Origin: a virus
Taxonomy: Duplodnaviria > Caudoviricetes
Reading direction: 5' to 3' (one strand)
IMG/VR virus record: IMGVR_UViG_3300034073_002120
DNA length: 64,000 nt
In this document: positions 20,722-29,628 of the stretch, in pieces
Numbering within the stretch: the first letter of the stretch is position 1
How the letters are laid out: every line of letters starts with the position of its first letter
Notes under the pieces: generated by a model
Seen by the model: the letters and a program-made list of their open reading frames with translations, nothing else
Database searches by the model: none
What the model was told of the DNA's origin: nothing
Translations under genes and position numbers: made by a program

Positions 20722-22217
20722 TTTTGAAATCCTCCTCCATTTGATACTAATTCTCCTTTCATATTTCGGTGGGAGAACCCGTGAATTTTTTCGAAATTAT
20801 CACCGATTACATTTATCATCTTTTTTCTTTTTTTGAAATTGATGTTAGGGTCATTTAAAATAATTTCTTCAATATATTGTTTAAAATTTGTTCCTTTTTG
20901 GAATGCTCGTTTCTCTTGGTCTAATATCTCATCTGGTAACTTACCTCTAAATCCATCTGCAAGTGGTAATTTCCATTGTCCACCTTTACACAAATACTCA
21001 TCGGTAAGATTCGTAGTATAATTTAGAAAATCAGTATCAAAGAATGGACATCTTAATTCGATTGTTCCATAATTCATAAAGATTGTATTGCCTCTTAGTA
21101 AGTTTCCGTAATATTGTTTTTCAAATAATTTCTTACGAACATCACTCCAATCAGGTTTCTTACTAAACATACGGAAAGTTCCATATGAACCATAACTTTC
21201 ATCACTACCCTCACCACTAAATGCTACTTTGATTCCATCCAACGCCATTTGTTCTGCGATAAATGATTGTAGAATACCAACCTCCATTTGAACGGTCGAT
21301 GGATATTCGATTACTCTAATCGAATCTAAGAAACGTTGTTTGATGATTTCATCATTTTTGGGAACAAATACTTCAACCAATTCTACTCCCAAATACTTTG
21401 CACACACTCTTGCTTTTTGTAAATCTTTTGATGTTTCATCAAATGCAATTGTGTATGCTTTTAAGTTAGGGATTCGTTGGGATAGAAGATAAGTAATTAC
21501 AGCAGAATCAATACCACCACTAAGTGATGTTGCAATTGGTACATCGGATAATAATCTCTTATCTACTGCTCTTTCTAATAATTTGAATGTAGTTTCTGCT
21601 ACCTCTTCATGTGATGTAACCTTTGTTGGTTCTGATGAAAATTGAAAATAAAAGTTTTCGTTTATTGTAATCTTATCAGTATCCAAATCAATTTCAACCA
21701 AACTATTTTTAGGTACAAATTTAATTTCGGATGTTTTATGTTGTGTAGTGATTGATTTTAATTCACTTGCAACTATATAATTGTTTGAATTGTAAATATA
21801 AAGTGGTAATTTACCTACCCAATCTCTCGATAATAATAATTTGTTATTATCATAAATAATGAATGAAAACATACCATCTAACCTCTTCAATTCACCCTCT
21901 TTATATAAGAAAAGAATGATTTCAGAATCCGAATTTGATTTAAAGGTATAACCTCTTTCTTCGTATTCTTTACGCAATTGAGGATAATTCCATATCTCAC
22001 CATTTACTACTAATTGAATACCATCAAATTCCATCGGTTGATTACCTAATGGTGATGTATCGTTGATTGATAAACGATTGTGACCTAATATGATATGTTT
22101 ATCACCATATTGGAATTCTCTAATTCCTCTATTATCTCTTCCGCGATGTTCTATCGCTTCCAACATTTCATTTACTTCATCTCTTTTATATCCTATGGTT
22201 GCTACGATTCCACACAT
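20712..22217 (-). CDS. asnB: AsnB-family glutamine-dependent amidotransferase
   Basis: N-terminal MCGI Ntn nucleophile, HRGRD, HNRLSI, NGEIWNY, PP-loop SLSGGIDS, SGEGSDE, ELRCPFFD. Confidence 0.9.
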   Translation of the reverse strand: MCGIVATIGYKRDEVNEMLEAIEHRGRDNRGIREFQYGDKHIILGHNRLSINDTSPLGNQPMEFDGIQLVVNGEIWNYPQLRKEYEERGYTFKSNSDSEIILFLYKEGELKRLDGMFSFIIYDNNKLLLSRDWVGKLPLYIYNSNNYIVASELKSITTQHKTSEIKFVPKNSLVEIDLDTDKITINENFYFQFSSEPTKVTSHEEVAETTFKLLERAVDKRLLSDVPIATSLSGGIDSAVITYLLSQRIPNLKAYTIAFDETSKDLQKARVCAKYLGVELVEVFVPKNDEIIKQRFLDSIRVIEYPSTVQMEVGILQSFIAEQMALDGIKVAFSGEGSDESYGSYGTFRMFSKKPDWSDVRKKLFEKQYYGNLLRGNTIFMNYGTIELRCPFFDTDFLNYTTNLTDEYLCKGGQWKLPLADGFRGKLPDEILDQEKRAFQKGTNFKQYIEEIILNDPNINFKKRKKMINVIGDNFEKIHGFSHRNMKGELVSNGGGFQKWM

Positions 22218-22218
22218 A

Positions 22219-22917
22219 TTATCTATTTAATACTTCTAATAACTTATGAGTTTTTTTAGTTTCATCATTCATTTTACCGATATGACAAGAACAAGCTAAA
22301 ACTGATACTTTTTCTAATTCCATATCACTTTCTTTTGCTAAGAACTTACCCATCTCTACTAATGCAGTATAATCTGCATAACCTGATTTAGATACTCTAT
22401 TTGAACGAATGATTGATGTTAGGTAGATTTTACCATTACGAGGTTTAATATCGATTGCTAACATACAAGGTTGTGAATACGGATTTCGTGCATCTCTACT
22501 CGGGTCAAAGATAATCAATTCACATCTTTTAACTGCTTTACCAGTCTTTAAGATTTTGATTACATTCTCTACCTGATTGAAAGTTCCTTGCCACGAAACC
22601 ATTCTACCCCAATATGAATCGTGCCATTTATCTTTGATGAATTTATATTCTAACCCTTCCTCTGCTTGAAAGAATGGAGAATCCGAAACAAATGGTTGTG
22701 GTTCTAAGAATGTTACGGTCTTTGCGTAATCAATTCTATCATCACCCATAATCTCTCTAAAATGAGGGTCAAACCAATCATCAGATTCAAACTTTGTGAT
22801 TTCGGTCATCACATTTAATTCTTCGGTTAAATCACCTACTTTTACTCCGTTTTGGATAAGATGTTTAGATACTTTTACCCATGCATCGCCAGGAGATGTT
22901 GCTTCTATTACTGTCAT
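22219..22917 (-). CDS. Divergent thymidylate-synthase / dCMP-hydroxymethylase-fold protein
   Basis: SYWGR, NQVENVIKIL, QPC catalytic Cys, RSN...ADY with Asp at the dUMP/dCMP discriminator, CHI. Confidence 0.8.
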   Translation of the reverse strand: MTVIEATSPGDAWVKVSKHLIQNGVKVGDLTEELNVMTEITKFESDDWFDPHFREIMGDDRIDYAKTVTFLEPQPFVSDSPFFQAEEGLEYKFIKDKWHDSYWGRMVSWQGTFNQVENVIKILKTGKAVKRCELIIFDPSRDARNPYSQPCMLAIDIKPRNGKIYLTSIIRSNRVSKSGYADYTALVEMGKFLAKESDMELEKVSVLACSCHIGKMNDETKKTHKLLEVLNR

Positions 22918-22928
22918 ATTATTTAATT

Positions 22929-24161
22929 TTATAATTTACGAAAAATCCATATCGGTTCACAAAACGTTTTATCTTTTGCTTCTTCGTTCTTTTTCAGTTC
23001 TTCTTCGGAATATCTTTCTTCATCACCCTCTATAATCATTCCTGCCCCTGCAGAACCCGGTCTTTTCGCCATTTCCATACCCAAACATCCCTCGTAATGT
23101 GCACCTTCTAGAGTGGAAATAAAATCGTTCATAGGATTAGTGATTTCTTGTTGACCTTTACCATCACCTTTTGAGGATGCATATACATCTGCAATGTTCA
23201 CTGCTAAGTAACCACCTTTCTTAATAGTTGGCCATACATTAGCAATAGTTTTATGTAAGAAATTTTTATTCCAATCATCAATTGTTTTATATCGTATCCA
23301 ACTTTGAGTATCATCATATGAATACCTTTCTACGTTGAAATATGGTGGCGAACTGAATACAATATCAAAGTATTCGTTATACTCACTCAAATCCAAATCT
23401 TCTGCTGGTGATTCATAAAATGTTGATTTCTTTTCAGTTTCAAAGAATCCATTATTCTTTTCATAGAAATCCGCTTGTTGTCTATAAATTGGATGATTTT
23501 CTTTACGAGGGTCAATACCTACATAATGTTCTCCGTATTCTGATGCATAAAATCCACATAATCTATCACCCCATCCAGCTGAAATATCTAATACATTCTT
23601 TGCTTGAACGAAATCATATAATGCCTTTGCAACGTTTGGTTTAAATTGGGAACAAATGTATTTTCGCAAAGATAAACAAGTTCGTAATGTAGTATTACTA
23701 ACTTCATCGAATTTTAGAGTGTACATACCACCCATAAGTGAGAACATAAAATCAGGATTATTCCAAGTTCTATACGGCCCAGGTGAAACTGTGCCATCTA
23801 CACTCCATCGATTTGCTTGTTGAAAATAATTTGAGGCAGGATTACCAGTGTTTAATCTTCTAACGAATTGTTGTTTACCTTGAAACTCAAATGGATATCG
23901 AGATTCAGATGCCTTTCGTGGCACCCATGCTCCTTCGGTAAATAATTCATGCCAACGAATACCTTTTAGTTTAAGATATTCATTTCTTGCTTCTTCTTCG
24001 GAAATTGGAGCATATGGGATTTCGTATGTTGCTGCAACTTTTGCAAGAGATTCTTTTACATCTTCTCTATCGAAAGTTTTCTTAATATACTCCCATTCCT
24101 CATTACCGATAAAGAGATACGGAGTCATTCCGTAAAACTTATCAAAGTATTCTAAATACAT
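22929..24161 (-). CDS. SAM-dependent amino-methyltransferase-like protein (motif I then SPPY)
   Basis: LDISAGWGDR, HYVGIDP, FSSPPYF, NIAD. Confidence 0.8.
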   Translation of the reverse strand: MYLEYFDKFYGMTPYLFIGNEEWEYIKKTFDREDVKESLAKVAATYEIPYAPISEEEARNEYLKLKGIRWHELFTEGAWVPRKASESRYPFEFQGKQQFVRRLNTGNPASNYFQQANRWSVDGTVSPGPYRTWNNPDFMFSLMGGMYTLKFDEVSNTTLRTCLSLRKYICSQFKPNVAKALYDFVQAKNVLDISAGWGDRLCGFYASEYGEHYVGIDPRKENHPIYRQQADFYEKNNGFFETEKKSTFYESPAEDLDLSEYNEYFDIVFSSPPYFNVERYSYDDTQSWIRYKTIDDWNKNFLHKTIANVWPTIKKGGYLAVNIADVYASSKGDGKGQQEITNPMNDFISTLEGAHYEGCLGMEMAKRPGSAGAGMIIEGDEERYSEEELKKNEEAKDKTFCEPIWIFRKL

Positions 24162-24174
24162 AACCTTTTATATT

Positions 24175-24414
24175 TTATAATTTTTTTAATGGGACAAGTT
24201 TACCATCAACTATTTTATGAGGAACTCCATCTCTAATTATAAATTTAGGAGCTTTACTCATATCAATTCCTTCTTTACGCAATTCGTTTTTAATTTCCTT
24301 TTTACGAATTTCTTCTTCTCGTTTTGAAAACCATCTTTTAGATTTTTCACTACCTTCTTTTGGTAAAGATAAATTATGTTTCTTAAAACTTTTATTTTTT
24401 TTAATATCACCCAT
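24175..24414 (-). CDS. Hypothetical basic protein
   Basis: 79-aa Lys-rich ORF directly after a sigma-A promoter. Confidence 0.6.
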   Translation of the reverse strand: MGDIKKNKSFKKHNLSLPKEGSEKSKRWFSKREEEIRKKEIKNELRKEGIDMSKAPKFIIRDGVPHKIVDGKLVPLKKL

Positions 24415-24433
24415 TTTATTCTTTTATATTTTA

Positions 24434-24465
24434 CAAAGATACGAAAAATATTTCGTATTTCCAAA
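24434..24465 (-). promoter_or_regulatory. Bacteroidota sigma-A type promoter driving the modification cluster
   Basis: TTTG-N20-TATCTTTG. Confidence 0.8.
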
Positions 24466-24651
24466 TTAAATATGTGTCCATGTGTGACGTTTTACAATTT
24501 CCTCAACATTCCACTTACTAACTTTGAAATTTCTAGCAATAACGTTAGTAGAGAACCCTTGTTTAAAGAGTTCTCTTATTATCCTAACTTGTTCGTTTGT
24601 AAGTTTTGCCTTTGGATGATTTTCACCACACCTTTTATTTGATACACTCAT
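24466..24651 (-). CDS. Stand-alone HTH domain of the type found at HNH homing endonuclease C-termini
   Basis: GENHPKAKLT..QVRIIR...IARNFKVS...I...TWTH; no HNH catalytic domain. Confidence 0.65.
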   Translation of the reverse strand: MSVSNKRCGENHPKAKLTNEQVRIIRELFKQGFSTNVIARNFKVSKWNVEEIVKRHTWTHI

Positions 24652-24898
24652 TTAATGCGTTTACATAAGTCATTTTTGCTGCAGCTCCTGCGAACCTTTC
24701 GACTTCTTTACCATCTTTCTCAATTATAACTGTCGGTACTGAACGTATTCCGTATTGTGTTGCTTCATTAAATGCAACATCCACATCATAATCTATAAAA
24801 GTTACATTTGGGAATTGTCCCTTAATTTCATTTATTACCGGTGCCAATGCTCTACATGGACCACACCATGCTGCTGAGAATTTCTTAACTGTTACCAT
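24635..24898 (-). CDS. trxA: Thioredoxin
   Basis: WCGPC active site, SVPT cis-Pro motif. Confidence 0.95.
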   Translation of the reverse strand: MVTVKKFSAAWCGPCRALAPVINEIKGQFPNVTFIDYDVDVAFNEATQYGIRSVPTVIIEKDGKEVERFAGAAAKMTYVNALNECIK

Positions 24899-24917
24899 TT
24901 TCTTTTTCCTTTTTGTT

Positions 24918-26699
24918 TTATCCTTCGCAACTTAAACATTCAGGGTCCATTGCCTTTGTTGCAATATCACCTCTTAATACCGATTCGGTTCTCATATAAT
25001 ATAGAGTTTTTACACCTTGTTTCCAAGCCTCTAATGTTACTTGATTTATCCATTTTGGTTCTGCGATTGCAGGGAATGCTAAGTTTAACGAAACTGCTTG
25101 GTCAATATATTGTTGTCTAATACCTGCCTGTCTTACTAAATCTAATTGGTTGATTTCTTTAAATGTTTTGAATACATCTTTTACATTAAAGGTTTTATGT
25201 CTATCTTCTTCGGAAACCTCTGAACATAATACTACTTTACTATTTACAAAACACCAATTATCTAATTCAGCAATATCTTGTATTGAACCACCATCTGCAA
25301 GAATCTTATCCCACGTTTCTTTTGTGTTGATTCCGACTTTCTTCAATACTTTCTCCAATTCAGCGTTTCTACGAATGAATGTTCCTTTTGAAGTTTGTTC
25401 GGTGAATACGTTTGCTGCCCAAGGCTCGATACCAGAACTAACATCACCACTCAATTTAGAGTTAGATACTGTTGGTGCGATTGCACGTAAGTGAGTGTTA
25501 CGGAATCCACTATCTTTACACCATAATGGTTCACCTAATTCAGATGCCATATCTCTACTTGCTTGTTCTGATTCGATTTTCATTTGAGAGAAAATCTTAC
25601 GAGTTTCAAATTGAGCTGTCATACCTTCAAACGGAATACCTCTTTGTTGTAAGTAAGTGTGCCAACCTAATACACCTAATCCTAATGCCCTACCTTTTTC
25701 TGCTGCACGAACTGAATTTTCAAATCCTTTCATATTCTTAGCCTTTTGAATGAATTCTGAAAGAACTCCATCTAAGAACCAAGTTGATGTGTAAATTAAA
25801 TCCGTATCTTTCCACTCATCATATTTTGCTAAGTTTAAAGAACTTAAACAACAAACAAATGAATGTGATTCATCAGTATGTAAAACAATTTCAGAACAAA
25901 TGTTTGTCATAAACACTTTTAATCCATTTTGTTTATACATCGGTGGGTTTTGTTTGTTTACATTACCCTTAAACATAATATAAGGTTCTCCGGTTGCTTT
26001 TCTCTTTTGTAACAACTTACCCCATTTTCTTCTTGCCTCTTCATCACCATCTTGTAACTTTCTCATAAACTTATCACCAACCACTGCACATTGATGCATA
26101 TTCAAACATTGACGGTTTACATCACCTTTCGGTTCTCTAATTTCCAACCATTGTTCGAAATCTTTATGTTCGATGTTTAAGTTTACTGATGCTGCTCCTC
26201 TTCTTACTGAACCTTGATTTGTTGCAAGGATAGTAGAATCGTATATCTTAGCGAATGGTATTACACCATCAGATGTTCCATTACCTGTAATTGGTGAACC
26301 TGCTGGTCTGATTTGATTTATACCAATACCAACACCACCACCATGTTTTGCAAGTAACATCAACTCTAAGTTTTTATTACCAATATCAAAAATGGAATCC
26401 GCTACATCAATACCAAAGCAAGATATAGGTAAACCTCTATCAGTACCTGTATTTGATAATACCGGAGTTGCCAAACATAACCAACCACGCCAGATGTAAT
26501 CGAAAAATTTTGATGCTAATTGTGGTTTGTTTAATCTTTGTGCTACTTTCGTAGATACTCTCCAATATGCATCTTTGGGAGTTTCACCAGGAAGTAAGTA
26601 ACCTTTGGATATAGTTTTAACATATACCTCCGTATTACCCCACTCTGGGAAATCCACACCCAATTCCCAACCTAAGTCTTCTGCGTAATTTTTTGCCAT
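24918..26699 (-). CDS. nrdA: Class Ia ribonucleotide reductase alpha subunit (short, no ATP cone)
   Basis: LPISC, MTNICSEI, AIAPT, KTLYY, C-terminal CxxC; no intein. Confidence 0.95.
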   Translation of the reverse strand: MAKNYAEDLGWELGVDFPEWGNTEVYVKTISKGYLLPGETPKDAYWRVSTKVAQRLNKPQLASKFFDYIWRGWLCLATPVLSNTGTDRGLPISCFGIDVADSIFDIGNKNLELMLLAKHGGGVGIGINQIRPAGSPITGNGTSDGVIPFAKIYDSTILATNQGSVRRGAASVNLNIEHKDFEQWLEIREPKGDVNRQCLNMHQCAVVGDKFMRKLQDGDEEARRKWGKLLQKRKATGEPYIMFKGNVNKQNPPMYKQNGLKVFMTNICSEIVLHTDESHSFVCCLSSLNLAKYDEWKDTDLIYTSTWFLDGVLSEFIQKAKNMKGFENSVRAAEKGRALGLGVLGWHTYLQQRGIPFEGMTAQFETRKIFSQMKIESEQASRDMASELGEPLWCKDSGFRNTHLRAIAPTVSNSKLSGDVSSGIEPWAANVFTEQTSKGTFIRRNAELEKVLKKVGINTKETWDKILADGGSIQDIAELDNWCFVNSKVVLCSEVSEEDRHKTFNVKDVFKTFKEINQLDLVRQAGIRQQYIDQAVSLNLAFPAIAEPKWINQVTLEAWKQGVKTLYYMRTESVLRGDIATKAMDPECLSCEG

Positions 26700-26715
26700 A
26701 ATTTTTTTCTAATTT

Positions 26716-27729
26716 TTAAAATATATCACCCCAATCTTCACCTTCTCCTGCTTTTGAATAATCAGTTGGTCTGATTGCGAAGAAGTCGGTATGTGTAACA
26801 CCGCCTGTTAGGTGATAAAACCAATCCAATTCAGATGCTTTTGTATCATCAAATTCAAAGTAGTCATCTCCACCTTGTATTGGATTGTATCCCAATTCAG
26901 CTAATTTTTCATTTACTCTTTTTGTAATGAATTCTTTTAGGTCATCTTTTTTAAGATTCTCCAAATCACCCATTTCAAAAATCTTATCGATATATTTGTG
27001 TTCTAAATCAATAATGATTTTAGCTGCTTGGTAAATATCTTCTTTTGCTTCTTGTAATAATTCAGGAAATTCATCACACATATGTCTGAATAATTGACAT
27101 CCCATTTTTGAGTGTAGAGATTCATCTCTAACACTCCATTTCATTTGTTGTCCAATACCTTTCAATAGATTTCTCATTTGAAATGAATAAAGAACTGCAA
27201 ATGATGAATATAATGCAACTCCTTCTGCGAATGCAGAGAAGATTGCTAATGAACGTGCAACTTCAACTCTTGCTTTGTGATTTGTATCCAAATCTTTCGG
27301 AGTCCAATCGGCAGTTGTGTTAGTTAGAAGTTCGAAACGTGCTTTCATCGTTTCATCATGTAAGAACCCTTCGAAATTTTCTAATCCTAACGTTTCATTT
27401 AAATAAGAGTATGCGATTGAATGTATAGTTTCCTGCGAACCAAACGCCATAGCCATTTGTCTGATTTCATGTTTTGGAAACCATTTTGTAACCATACCAG
27501 TCCAATAATCGGAAACTGCACATTCCGTTTGAGCGAAACCTAAAAGAATGTTTCCTACTAAATGTTTTTCAGATTCAGTAAGATTTTCATTCCAATCCTT
27601 AACATCACCTTGCATTGGTATTTCAGTATGCAACCAGAATGCTTGCATTTGTTTCAACCAACCTTCCGTATAATAATCTGGATATTCAAATGGTTTGAAA
27701 GGGATTCTTTCAGTAAATAATTTGCTCAT
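26716..27729 (-). CDS. nrdB: Ribonucleotide reductase beta subunit
   Basis: ETIHSIAY, RDESLH di-iron motifs, TDFFA tail. Confidence 0.95.
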   Translation of the reverse strand: MSKLFTERIPFKPFEYPDYYTEGWLKQMQAFWLHTEIPMQGDVKDWNENLTESEKHLVGNILLGFAQTECAVSDYWTGMVTKWFPKHEIRQMAMAFGSQETIHSIAYSYLNETLGLENFEGFLHDETMKARFELLTNTTADWTPKDLDTNHKARVEVARSLAIFSAFAEGVALYSSFAVLYSFQMRNLLKGIGQQMKWSVRDESLHSKMGCQLFRHMCDEFPELLQEAKEDIYQAAKIIIDLEHKYIDKIFEMGDLENLKKDDLKEFITKRVNEKLAELGYNPIQGGDDYFEFDDTKASELDWFYHLTGGVTHTDFFAIRPTDYSKAGEGEDWGDIF

Positions 27730-27740
27730 AGTTCGTAACT

Positions 27741-27911
27741 TTATTTAGTTTCTTCTACTGATTGTTTTCTATATTCGGTAATTAATTTTTTCAATTCACC
27801 AATTGCTTTTCTTGCTCTTGATTTTGCTGCTTTTGTTGTTCCGTTGTGTTCTGCTTCAAATTGAGTAAATAAATCTTTCATTTGCTCAAATAATTCTTGT
27901 GAATTTGCCAT
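27741..27911 (-). CDS. Histone H1-like (Hc1 family) nucleoid protein, below the ORF-track cutoff
   Basis: Hand translation: MANSQELFEQMKDLFTQFEAEHNGTTKAAKSRARKAIGELKKLITEYRKQSVEETK. The KAA..RARKA..EL.KL..EYRK pattern matches Bacteroidota Hc1-like proteins. Confidence 0.75.
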   Translation of the reverse strand: MANSQELFEQMKDLFTQFEAEHNGTTKAAKSRARKAIGELKKLITEYRKQSVEETK

Positions 27912-28073
27912 AAATGTTTTTAGTTTAAAATGTTATACAATATACCAACTTTTAATGTTGTTGGTGAGTATAACTATCGTATATATTAAAAAACGAAATG
28001 GAAATTTGAAACTTTTTTTTTCTTTTTTCATTATCCCATACTAACCAAAAACCAACACTTTATTATAATATAT

Positions 28074-29432
28074 TTAGCCCATATTTTCCACATACTTTTT
28101 GTGGAGAAGTTGTTTCTGAACTAATTGTCCACTTGCTGCTTCTTTCGTTGCCATAATACCATCTGATGATTGGGCATCATAAACTTCTATGAAACCTGTG
28201 TTAGTATCCATCTTACAAGGGAATGTTAAACCATCTGGTCCAAATCGATTTTTCATAATATGAGCCCTTGCAGTGTTATTCAATTTATCTTTTGATTTTC
28301 TACTCCAACTCATAATGAAATCCGCATTCATAACTTTTGCATATGAATCTGCAATTTTATCAGCTTCAATTACATCAGAATCAATTGCCGAACGATTTGT
28401 TTGAGATGCAGTCCAGACAGGAATTCGTAATTCGCCACCCATACCTCTTAAATCAATATACACACCACCTTGTTCTGCATAAGTAGAATCGGTTTTATTT
28501 GAATGTGATAATAATAAATCGGCGTAATCAACAATAATCAAATCAGGTTTATTACCTGTTGCTATCATTTTTTCAATATGTAGTTGTAATTTTTTTACAC
28601 TTACACCTTTTGGTGGGTAGTATTTGATGAGAAGTTTTCCTTGTAAAGATTTGATTTTATGTCTAACCTCATCTCTTCTATCTTTTAAATCGGCAGAAGG
28701 AATATGTGAAAATACAGTATCATATCGAGCACCTACATAGTGTTCTGATAATTCCATAGTATAATGGACAACACTCAATCCTTGTTTTACTGCGGCTGCA
28801 CCTAATGCTGTTAAAATCCAAGTCTTACCAACGCCAGATGGTGCAACAACTACTCCCAATTCCCCTGGTCCTAATCCACCATCCATTAAATCGGTGATAG
28901 GTTTCCAATCCGTTGGGACAGTATCACGTTTAACATCCGTTGCACGGTCTTCGTAATCCAATATGTAATCGTGTCCTAAATCATTTTCAACCCCAACTTT
29001 CATTGCCTTATCAACCAAATCTTTGATTTTATCAAAGTTACCTGCCTTTAATAAATCAACTGATTGTAAGATTACTTGTTTTAAGTTTTGGTTTTTACAA
29101 AATGATGAAAATTCGTTTTTGATGTAATCGGAATCAATATTACCTACTTGAGTGTAAACGTGTCTTAATTGGTCTACAATAGTAGTTTCTAATCCCTTAT
29201 TTTCTAATTTGGATATTTTTACCTTAAACACATCTAATGATGGTGATTTTCGGTATTCACTATGGTAAGCTAAAATTTCACTTACTATCCATTTGTTTGC
29301 ATCAGATTCAAAAAATTTCGGTGTAACTATTTCCGAAATAGTATCTAAGAATTTTTCATCAGTTAATAACGCAGATACAACTTTTGATTGAAAGGATTGA
29401 CCATACTTCGCTAAGTTGTCTATCTCTTGCAT
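28074..29432 (-). CDS. gp41: Replicative DnaB-like helicase (T4 gp41-like)
   Basis: APSGVGKT, IIVDYADLL, WTASQTNR, KNRFG. Confidence 0.93.
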   Translation of the reverse strand: MQEIDNLAKYGQSFQSKVVSALLTDEKFLDTISEIVTPKFFESDANKWIVSEILAYHSEYRKSPSLDVFKVKISKLENKGLETTIVDQLRHVYTQVGNIDSDYIKNEFSSFCKNQNLKQVILQSVDLLKAGNFDKIKDLVDKAMKVGVENDLGHDYILDYEDRATDVKRDTVPTDWKPITDLMDGGLGPGELGVVVAPSGVGKTWILTALGAAAVKQGLSVVHYTMELSEHYVGARYDTVFSHIPSADLKDRRDEVRHKIKSLQGKLLIKYYPPKGVSVKKLQLHIEKMIATGNKPDLIIVDYADLLLSHSNKTDSTYAEQGGVYIDLRGMGGELRIPVWTASQTNRSAIDSDVIEADKIADSYAKVMNADFIMSWSRKSKDKLNNTARAHIMKNRFGPDGLTFPCKMDTNTGFIEVYDAQSSDGIMATKEAASGQLVQKQLLHKKYVENMG

Positions 29433-29605
29433 TATTTATCCTCTTTTACTACTTTTTGAACTCTTGTTGCTGATTTCCACTCTGATTTTGGACAGAACGC
29501 CCAAACACCTGTGCTTACTTTTGTATCCGCTTCAGTATCTGCTACTCTACGAATAGTTCCTACTTTATTGTCTTTTGTTTCTTTGATTACTTTAATACAC
29601 TTCAT
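29432..29605 (-). CDS. Hypothetical 57-aa protein, below the track cutoff
   Basis: MKCIKVIKETKDNKVGTIRRVADTEADTKVSTGVWAFCPKSEWK...; TAATG overlap with the helicase start. Confidence 0.65.
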   Translation of the reverse strand: MKCIKVIKETKDNKVGTIRRVADTEADTKVSTGVWAFCPKSEWKSATRVQKVVKEDK

Positions 29606-29628
29606 AGTTTTTCTCCATGTTTAAATTG

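Noticed and set aside
20712-22217. QueC / 7-deazaguanine pathway
   Set aside because: The protein has a full Ntn glutaminase plus AsnB synthetase architecture, and no FolE, QueD, QueE or DpdA genes are visible in the window.
22219-22917. Ordinary thymidylate synthase ThyA
   Set aside because: It has Asp rather than Asn at the discriminator, and the D169 and Y209 equivalents are missing.
27912-28073. tRNA or structured ncRNA in the larger intergenic gaps (also 32659-32778)
   Set aside because: No cloverleaf or T-loop GTTCRA pattern was found; the gaps are AT-rich with only short hairpins.
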